From Zygophlyctis sp. KS116 (lineage: Eukaryota; Fungi; Chytridiomycota): a stretch of 32,000 nt of DNA. The stretch's first letter is position 1, and each line of letters opens with the position of its first letter. The translations under genes and the position numbers were made by a program. The notes below the pieces were generated by a model, which ran no database searches, was not told the DNA's origin, and was given only the letters and a program-made list of their open reading frames with translations. Location of the stretch: the NCBI GenBank assembly GCA_054661495.1, contig BAAFSQ010000014.1, positions 30,001 through 62,000 on the forward strand, given 5' to 3'. Shown here piece after piece: positions 23,289-32,000 of the stretch.

Positions 23289-24692
23289 CTATATTTGAAC
23301 AGATTTTTGATTCGCTATAAATGTAGATGTAATGTTTAAACTCTGCTCTACTTTTGCTAATAATTCTTGAACAGATGGTTTCTAAAATTTAAAGTTGTAG
23401 ATTACCTGGATCAAATCAAACGTTTCGCGACTTAAAGATTCTAAACAATTAGAAGTTTGACATGATGCATTAGAAAATACTTTACTGGTGTATATTTCTA
23501 GTTTTGATTCCAAATCTTTGATACATTTTTTCATTTGAGTAATTTCCTAAAATTATTATAAAAGACTTACTTGTTCTTTAATCAAGGTTAGAGCTTCATC
23601 TTGTATTGCTTGTATACTTTTATCTTGTAAATTATTTGCATTTTTGTCTAATTCCTTCTCATCTATAACACTATCTGGAGCTGGAGCTGAAAAATGTAAA
23701 TGTTTGTAATCACGACTTTTAGATCTGCCACGACTATTAGATCTAGGAGAAGAAAATGCAATTGGACCTTGGTTAAAGGATCCTGGTTCTTTTGGTGATT
23801 CAAAAGTAAATTTTGGAATTGGTGAATTTGAAATTTTATCTCCAAGATTAGAAAGAATAGATTCATGCTGATAGATTTCTTTTGGAGGGCTAGATTTGTC
23901 TTTTGCTGAATCATATTTTCCAGGAATATACGCTTTGAAGGCATAAGAAGGTGGATGATTTAGTATTGATTCGGATTCAATTGTAGATTTCTTTTTACCT
24001 ATTCCTTTTGCAAAAGAAATATCATGATATTCATGATGATATGTATCAAGTGGGTTTGGAAATGGAGTTGGGGTATTTTGTCCAACACGAATATCTTGAC
24101 TAAAAAACTTTTTACGATCCCAAAGAGATGCAAGAGCTATTTCAGGAGAATAAGAGCGTTGTCGCTCTTCCATTCCAATAAATGAAGTTTTAGATTGAGA
24201 TTCTGAGACAATATCAACTTTTTTTATCGTATCAGCAGAGGGATTCTCGGAAGTACTATTGGGTTTCTTTTTGGTCTTTTTGGTCTTGCTTGTCTTTGAG
24301 AGATTATTATGTAGAGTTTTGCATGCTTGAATAACATCAAATAAAAATATTAGTTTTCTTTCTGCATATCCCATATTAAAGAATTGCTGTCGAGTAAGTT
24401 GCGGTCGATACGAAAATTCCTTGCGCAAGAGTCCATAAACAGCTTCTAAAAATCTTGAATCCTTTTTACCATATAATTCATAACCTTTGGCTGCAAAGTG
24501 TGCTGCTAACAATTTAGAGTAATCCAGGAGAGTATAATGTAGAATTCTAAGAAACGCGGCTGGATCTCCCTTTGTGACTCTACAATTTAGAACTTAAATA
24601 TACCCAAAAGCATTCAGTTGGCAAGGATATTGTATACTCTTTAACTCTGTCTCTACTTTGAACAAGTTATTGCGGAAATCGCCCGTTGACAT
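23289..24692 (-). CDS. CEP44: Centrosomal protein 44, ~443 aa
   Basis: Spliced N-terminus MSTGDFRNN...GDPAAFLRILHY...ELYGKKDSRFLEAVYGLLRKEFSYRPQLTRQQF..GYAERK is the CEP44 domain; three 24-nt introns. Confidence 0.9.
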
Positions 24693-24733
24693 TTAAAGTC
24701 TTGACGTCAGAATGTGGCACCCACCCAAGATTT

Positions 24734-25878
24734 TCAAACATTAAATTCTATTAAAACGTTTAAAAGAGGAAAACTGCTTGATAGACGTTGCTTTAGATCA
24801 GAAATCATCCATGGATGAGATAAACCACCATAATAGCTAGGAAAGCCTTGAATAGTCTTACAAAAATCCATATTCAATAACCTTAATTCCTTTAAATAAC
24901 TTGTCCCAAGATTGGAAAATAAATCTGCTTCATTGATTACTCTGCTTGCTAAATTATTTTTGTTGCCAGATATAATGCTGGCTTTTGATACATTTGGCAT
25001 CAGTAGTAAAAGATTGTGAATACTTGGAAATGTTACACCATCATCGGCGTTTAATGTTAATGTTACTTGTTCTAATTGCTTTAATTTAAGTATTTCTGAA
25101 AATTTCGATACTTGAATCAGGGGATAGATGTTTAGATTTTTCAATTTCGGACAACCATTTACCACTGCTGTAAATCCAGAATCACTAACTAAATCACCAG
25201 TTCCTGGTTCATATCTTAAATGAAATCTACTTCTAGATTCTAATTCAGTTATATGTATGCTAAGTTGCTGAAGTTCCGGACATACATCAGAGATCAGTTT
25301 TAAAGAAGAATCAGGTATTTCAGCCCATGACAAATTCAAATATGTTAGGGAACGTGTAGTAGAGGTAAATATGTTTGAACATAAAGCAGAATTCACTCTC
25401 ATTCTTAAATCCAGATTTGATATGCGATCAAGACACTCTTGCCAGGGAAGTTGGTTAGTAAGTTCAGAGTGGAATTGAAGCGTAAGCTGTTTTAGGAATT
25501 TTGCATTGATCATGATCATATCTAGTACATAATGTAAAGAGAATCTGGGGAAAATTGAAATTCCAGAATCTTTACGCCGTAAATCACTGCATTCTTCATC
25601 AGCGCCAACAAATAACCACACATCATCAATATGCTGAATATATTGTAGATATGATCCATTTTCTAAAACTCTTACGAGTTCTTTCCATCTATAGATTTAA
25701 AATTGTAAACGCACGCAAATTCCTTGATTCTTGGACCAAGTTTAATCTGTCGCCAAAGGACAGGAACGCCGGCTCCAAAAAGCGTCTTATTCACCATCAT
25801 GACTGATAATATGTCGCATTTTGATGGGAGTTTGTTCATTATTATTTGCCATAATTCAGTTGGAAATGGGTTTTCCAT
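24734..25878 (-). CDS. F-box-like / RNI-like leucine-rich-repeat protein, ~372 aa
   Basis: FPTELWQII...VNK......VPVLWR is F-box-like; LRRs SLTYLNLSW, CPELQQLSI, GCPKLKNLNI. One 26-nt intron (gtgcgt...ctatag) joins the two ORFs. Confidence 0.75.
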
Positions 25879-25983
25879 TTCACGCTATAATCTAGCGAAA
25901 GTCGCGTTAGTGACGGTGCATGCACAAGTGATCTAGTGATTGGCGATTAGTTCATTGAAGCCGGAATAAATAAAAGAAGAATT

Positions 25984-28330
25984 TTATTTCTGCCTACTAT
26001 AATTTGAACTTTGATACTGAGGGGTTCCAGAACCACCCCAAACTCCTAATGTAAATTATAAGTAATGTACCTGGCTGAATTGGAGGTGCAGATGGTTGAG
26101 CCCGAGTAGGAGAAGAAGCTAAATTCATGGATGACAGAGATCGCTGAAGTTCTTCTAGTATGTCCTTCTTATCCACATTACGAGCATATACAAAATCTGA
26201 ACAATTACCTTCCAATTTTATCAAGATCGGCTCAAATTCGCTATAAAACTTTATGCCTGCAAGTAATCCTGTTTTAAGTTCCATAAATAATGAGTAAGCA
26301 GAGTTAAGACTGGAAAAGGCAGATTCTCGTTCTGAAATAACACGGTTAGCACTACTTATACTAGCGAATTTGGTTGAAGTCTCGTGGATCTTTTGAAGAA
26401 TACTATCCTGAATATTTCTAGCCTTGTTGATTTTTTCCATGAAAGGATTATAGGATAAAATCCCATGTTCTAAAATAGGCTCAGTTACTATATCTCCGTT
26501 AGAGGTACAACCTTCCATTAATGCGTTTTCTATCATTAAAAAAGTCAAATATTACCAATAGAATCAGAGGCTGAGAAACTCTTTAGTTCTACCTCTATTT
26601 CCTTGAAAGTTTTTTCGACTCCTTGTAACTGATCGAGTAGCTGACGAAGAAGTTTTACATTTGGATCCTTGGCTCCCATAGTTGAATTAGAAGAAGCGGA
26701 AGGTATCGACGCTTCTAGCTCTTCTTTTGAGCTGCAGAGTGATTCAATTACATGAAGCGAATCATTTATTTTCTTGCTCAAAACATCATCTGATCCAGAA
26801 GCAGATACCATTTTCTCTTGAAATTTAGCAATCATGTTCTTCAAGTTTTGATTTAGTTTACTAGAATGCATCCTCTTCCAATTGTTTGAGAATCTTTTAC
26901 GTAATTCATCATCTTCCTTTTCTTCATCAAGTATCCACCTTTGAGCACGTAAGAGTACGTCCATGTCATTTTTTGACAATGCCTTTAAAGTCAATTGCAT
27001 TTCAAGTATAGAAGAAGTCCCACCTTCTTTTTTAACCTCATTAGACCTATCTAAAATTGACTTTGGAAGACCTAAAGGTACTTCAAATGCTTCAAGCGTG
27101 CCAGGCAATGAAAGAGATTTTAAAGCCGCCTTTGCCAAACCCATACTATCATTCATAGAATCCACCAACTCTTTACATTTCTTTTCTTTTAATCTTGAAT
27201 ATTCCTCTATTCCTTCTCTTATTGAACGTGGTATTAATTTATCAAAAAATGCAGGTCCATAGGATTCTAGTAAACTTGACAGAGAAGGAAATGGTACTGG
27301 TTTTATCAATTGAACATTTTGAATTTCAGCCAAAGATTCCTGAGATGGAATCGCTTCCATATCTAAGATTAATTTAAAAATTATTACAAATAACTTCATT
27401 ATCCTTTTTCAATTTTGGAATTGAAGCTAATAATAATGCTTCCAAAGCCTTAAAATCATTTAAATGGTGATTAGTCATATATTTTGCCTGTTTAGACGCC
27501 AACGCCTCTTTACATTTCTTTAAAGAAGCCTCAAATCTCGCAATTTGTTCCCCATATTTTGCATTTGCACCATCATCTTTCCCTTTATAATAATATGCTC
27601 TTGCCATATTTAACTCTGCTTTTGCAAAACAATGAGCCATATCTTCCTTTTCAAAATCTGTAGACTCTTCTAAACAAATCCTATGAGCATCAGAGAAAAA
27701 CTTGCATGCAGAAATCGCCAATTTTGCAATAATTCCATCTTTAGTACCACTCTTTATCGCCTTGAATTATTTAAAATTAAAAAAAACCTTTAGTACAAAA
27801 CATTCCTGTCCCATCCCCAACATTAAATTAGACAATACTTTTAATTGCCAAGTCCCTTTCGCTCCCAATCCTTCTTCCTTTGCTTTTTCCTCTAAAAAAG
27901 ACAATACTCCAACACTAGATGAAAATAAATGAGCTGCCTTTTTCAATCCTTCTTCCTCTGCCTTCCCATTCCCAGTATTTTCAACTCCAATATTAGCGTA
28001 TAGAATAGCCAAATTAAACAATATAGCTGATTTTTCAAAAGACACTGATGAACCAATAGTCAATTTCTTATCTTTTCCAAACGCATTATACCATGGCCAG
28101 CTCATTAGACTTAAATCCAACTTGACATCTGCACTTGTGAGTTGAGTATAATACTTTAACAAGGAATTTGCCAAATACTCATGATTTTCTAGAATAATAA
28201 CACTACTTCTCAATTTATCTAAAGCCTGAATATCATCATGCCATTTATCATAGCGTTTATGCTTTCTATCCAACTGAATCTCAACAACATCAGCAAAAGT
28301 CGTAGACTCGCCCACTTTGAATGGAAACAT
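25984..28330 (-). CDS. BRO1 domain + ALIX V-domain protein (PalA/Rim20/Bro1 family), ~747 aa
   Basis: WYNAFG, SFEKSAILFN, GQECF, YGEQIAR, KDNEVIY, LSLPGTLEA, GIKFY. Introns 27761-27787, 27363-27387, 26530-26555, 26046-26070. The paralogue was not resolved. Confidence 0.88.
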
Positions 28331-28364
28331 TTTTTTAATACAAGAATGATTTTCAAATAAAGAT

Positions 28365-28626
28365 CTAGATCGTCTCCCAGTCAATAGGCCTCGGTTCGTA
28401 TTGTACTATTGGCTAATAATTACAGTATAAAAATTACAAGCATCGGTTGCAATTCTAAACTTTCCTGATACGCTATAGCATCATCTAAATATATTTCATA
28501 GAGCGGACTAGTTACGCCGACAAGATCAGCCACTATATCAGCAAGAGATTCAATCCCAGACCATACTGTAGAAGCAGTTTTGATCATTATGGATGGAAGA
28601 TTGTTAAAGTCTTGGGATTCGGACAT
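28365..28626 (-). CDS. Small FAM177-like protein (~78 aa)
   Basis: VWSGIESLADIVADLVGVTSPLYEIYLDD resembles the FAM177 core (GE..A..LGITSPKY.Y.ID). A 25-nt intron at 28413-28437 gives a short last exon. The start is uncertain. Confidence 0.5.
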
Positions 28627-28835
28627 GGAATTTAAATGATCGGAAGAATAATCATGTCGACATTGGGCATTGTTGATTGTTGATTGGGCATTGGTGATCA
28701 GATTTGGGACTGTTAATAAAGGCACTTTAATTTTACCGACACTACATATTGATCATGGATAGCATCAGTGCTTGCTCCTAACCTTTACGATAGAGTGGCA
28801 CAGGTTGAAAAAAAAGAAGAAATCTATCAGTTTCA
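28627..28835. promoter_or_regulatory. Divergent promoter region (FAM177-like / eEF2) with repeated ATTGG (CCAAT) motifs
   Basis: cattgggcattgttgattgttgattgggcattgg at ~28661-28694 lies between head-to-head genes. Confidence 0.5.
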
Positions 28836-31446
28836 ATGGTAACTATTGTTGGATGCTTATACTAGGTTAATTTCAGTATAGATGAAATCAGAGTCCTTAT
28901 GGACAAAAAGACCAATGTGCGAAATATGTCTGTTATCGCTCACGTTGATCATGGAAAAAGTACATTGACAGTATGGTTTTTAAAGTATTTAAAAGATTAG
29001 GATTCTCTAGTGTCAAAGGCAGGTATTATTGCTACTGCCCGTGCTGGAGATGCTCGTTTTATGGATACTCGTCCAGATGAACAAGAACGGGGTATTACTA
29101 TTAAATCAACCGCTATATCAATGTTTTTTGAAATGCCTGAAGATGATTTGAGTAGTATTAAGCAAAATACTGATGGTAAATTTAGAATTATTAATATAAA
29201 AAGGAACTGGATTTTTGATCAATTTGATTGATTCTCCTGGGCACGTTGATTTCTCTTCTGAAGTTACTGCTGCTTTAAGAGTTACTGATGGTGCTTTGGT
29301 TGTTGTTGATACTATTGAAGGTGTTTGTGTTCAGACTGAAACTGTGTTGCGTCAAGCTTTAGGTGAAAGAATTAAACCTGTTCTAGTTATTAATAAGGTG
29401 GATCGTGCCTTGTTGGAACTACAACTTACAAAAGAAGATTTATTCAATGCTTTCTCTCGTACAATTGAATCTGTTAATGTAGTTATTGCTACTTACTTTG
29501 ATAAAGTTCTTGGAGATTGTCAAGTTTATCCTGAAAAGGGAACTGTGGCTTTTGGTTCTGGTCTTCATGGTTGGGCATTCACTCTGCTACAGTTTGCTAA
29601 TAGATATGCCAAGAAATTTGGTGTTGATAAGGAAAAGATGATGGCTAGACTTTGGGGAGAAAATTACTTTAATCCTGCAACTAGAAAATGGACTACTCAA
29701 TCAACTACTGATGATGGTGCTCAGCTTGAAAGAGCTTTCAATATGTTTGTGTTGGATCCAATCTTTAAACTTTTTGATGCTATTATGAACTTTAAAAAGG
29801 ATGTGACTACAAAAATGCTTGAAAAGTTGGAAATTGCTCTCAAGTCTGATGAAAAAGATTTGGAAGGAAAAGCTCTCCTTAAAGTTGTCATGAAAAAGTT
29901 TTTGCCTGCTGGTGATGCATTATTGGAAATGATAGTCATCCACTTACCATCTCCTGTCACTGCTCAAAAATACCGTGTTGAAACACTTTATGAAGGTCCT
30001 CAAGATGATGAATGTGCAACTGCCATTCGTGACTGTGATTCAAATGGACCTCTTATGTTGTACGTATCAAAGATGGTGCCTACTTCTGATAAGGGACGTT
30101 TCTATGCCTTTGGTCGTGTATTCTCTGGAACTGTTAAAGCAGGTCTCAAAGTACGTATCCAAGGTCCCAATTATCTTCCAGGAAAGAAGGATGATTTGTT
30201 TGTCAAATCTATCCAACGTGTTGTTCTCATGATGGGTAGAGGTGTTGAATCTTTGGAAGATTGTCCAGCTGGTAATATTGTTGGTTTAGTCGGAATTGAT
30301 CAATTTTTGCTCAAATCTGGAACTATTACCACCAGCGAAAGTGCCCATAATCTCAAAGTTATGAAATTCTCTGTATCTCCAGTTGTCCAAGTTGCTGTTG
30401 AATGCAAGAATCCAAATGATTTGCCCAAATTAGTAGAAGGTCTTAAACGTTTATCAAAGTCTGATCCTTGTGTTGTTTGTAAGACTTCAGAATCTGGTGA
30501 ACACATTGTTGCAGGAGCCGGTGAATTGCACTTGGAAATCTGTCTCAAAGATTTAGAAGAAGATCATGCCGGTGTACCCATCAAGACTGGTAACCCTGTA
30601 GTCCAATTCCGTGAAACTGTTCAAAATGAATCCAACATGACTTGTCTCTCTAAATCTCCAAATAAACACAATCGTATTTTCATGAAGGCTGCCCCAATTA
30701 CTGAAGAATGTGCTGCTGATATTGAACAAGGAAAGATCAATGCCAAAGATGACTTTAAGGCCCGTGCTAGAATTTTGGCTGAAGAACATGGATGGGATGT
30801 AACTGATGCACGTAAAATTTGGTGCTTTGGACCTGAAACTTCTGGACCCAATCTTTTGGTTGATACTACAAAGGGAGTTCAATATTTGAATGAAATCAAG
30901 GACTCTTGTGTTGCTGCATTCCAATGGGCTACAAAGGAAGGTGTTTTGGCTGATGAAAATATGAGATCAATCCGATTCAATATTCTTGATGTTGTTTTAC
31001 ATGCTGATGCTATTCATCGTGGTGGTGGTCAAATCATTCCTACATGTCGCCGTGTTTGTTATGCTTCTGTCTTAACTGCAAATCCAGGTATTCAAGAACC
31101 AGTCTATTTGGTTGAAATTCAATGTCCTGAAACTGCTATGGGAGGTATCTATGGAGTTTTGAATCGTCGCAGAGGACATGTCTTTGCAGAAGAACAACGC
31201 CCTGGCACACCTCTTTATAACATCAAGGCCTATCTCCCTGTCATGGAATCTTTTGGATTTACAGCTGATTTGAGAGCCGGAACATCTGGACAAGCTTTCC
31301 CTCAGTGTGTGTTTGATCATTGGCAATTAATGCCTGGTTCTCCTCTTGAACCTGGTAAAATCCAAGACATTATTAAAGGAGTTCGAAAGCGAAAAGGTCT
31401 CGTTGAAGAAATTCCACCCTTTGATCGTTTCTATGATAAATTGTAA
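28836..31446 (+). CDS. EFT2: Translation elongation factor 2 (~841 aa)
   Basis: [10 protein letters not shown]...[30 protein letters not shown], diphthamide loop [15 protein letters not shown]. Introns 28839-28865, 28971-29000, 29176-29203. Confidence 0.99.
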
Positions 31447-31583
31447 ACCATGGGGAGATGAGAATAATAAAACGCTTTTCATTTTTAAATTCTAGTATTT
31501 TATAGACTAATTATTAGAAGAAACTAGGTCCACCATGCGGCTTCAACACTTCCAACACCTACAATAGAGTAGAAAATTGCATA

Positions 31584-31897
31584 ATGGAATCATTATCAGC
31601 ATCAAAGGTATACTTTTACAATCTCATATGCAGCCATTAGATCTTGTCAGACTATGCCTTGATGAGGCGGTCTATGTTAAATTAAGAGGTGATCGGGAAC
31701 TTGAAGGGAAATTGCATGCATACGATCAACACATGAATATGGTTTTAGGATCTGCAACAGAATATGTCTCTATTGTAGATCAAGATGAAATAAAGGTAAT
31801 TTTATTAATTAAACTCTAGAAAACCTCCAATTCCTATGAAATGCTGTTTGTTAGAGGAGATTCTGTGATTTTATTGTCTCCTAAAGTATTAAATTGA
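31584..31897 (+). CDS. LSM3: U6 snRNA-associated Sm-like protein Lsm3
   Basis: [39 protein letters not shown]...[15 protein letters not shown]; introns 31608-31633 and 31796-31819. Confidence 0.95.
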
Positions 31898-31926
31898 AAA
31901 GAAATATAGTGAATTTAATTTTTAAG

Positions 31927-32000
31927 ATGCAAAAACTAGTAGAAATTCTAGATAAACCAGATTTATTTCTTAATAGGGACAGTACAAGAGTATTCTCTAA
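31927..32000 (+). CDS. Probable 5' end of the next gene (MQKLVEILDKPDLFL...), product unassigned
   Basis: ATG 29 nt after the LSM3 stop, open to the window edge; spacing matches other tandem genes here. Confidence 0.35.
   Translation, partial: MQKLVEILDKPDLFLNRDSTRVFS

Noticed and set aside
28331-28384. ORF-track N-terminal extension of BRO1 (MTGRRSRS...)
   Set aside because: It begins at a non-ATG codon and overlaps the last exon of the FAM177-like gene; the ATG at 28330 is more plausible.
28768-28801. Imperfect hairpin gtgcttgctccta-acctttacga-tagagtggcac, with a loop vaguely like U5 loop 1
   Set aside because: The loop does not match the invariant GCCUUUUAC, there is no Sm site, and the stem needs bulges. 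An Infernal search would settle it.
29721-31326. Antisense and alternative-frame ORFs over eEF2, and similar ones at 177, 1209, 5157, 10751, 14243, 17038, 23663, 26963
   Set aside because: They are shadows of real coding regions with no recognisable motifs.
12393-31927. Trans-splice acceptor motif ahead of downstream genes in tandem arrays
   Set aside because: An AG with an AT-rich upstream stretch occurs in some spacers but not consistently (unconvincing before BRO1 and RAM2).
31927-32000. Assigning the terminal ORF to MPP10
   Set aside because: Only 24 codons are visible and the resemblance is too weak.
1-32000. tRNA, rRNA, CRISPR arrays, transposons
   Set aside because: Intergenic space is at most about 210 nt. 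I saw no cloverleaf, repeat-spacer array, terminal repeats or transposase/RT motifs.

Overview
Eukaryotic, AT-rich, extremely gene-dense window, most likely from a zoosporic (chytrid-like) fungus. The support is a fungal-type eEF2, a Num1/Mcp5-type PH domain and RIB1, together with centriole/flagellum genes (PLK4, CEP44, PIH1D2, TTC6-like). The ORF track is fragmented because genes are split by about 72 tiny GT-AG introns. I reconstructed them by hand; all but one are 23-33 nt and all restore frame. About 20 genes are present: BUD23, a CC1-box/Num1-PH dynein-adaptor-like gene, PIH1D2, an AF10-like PZP protein, a TTC6-like TPR protein, PKR1-like, a J-domain protein, VPS25, UBP14, PLK4, RAD54B/RDH54, a GCFC-domain protein, RIB1, RAM2, CEP44, F-box/LRR, BRO1-family, FAM177-like, eEF2, LSM3, plus the start of one more. 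Most striking: (i) near-minimal introns; (ii) operon-like packing, with co-oriented genes 1-42 nt apart or overlapping as ATGA, and convergent stops sharing a TTAA; (iii) CpG-depleted, CTAG-rich domains centred on divergent promoters about every 10 kb; (iv) a Num1-type protein carrying a metazoan-style dynein-adaptor CC1 box. No rRNA, tRNA, CRISPR or transposon was recognised. Gene names come from motif recognition, not database searches.
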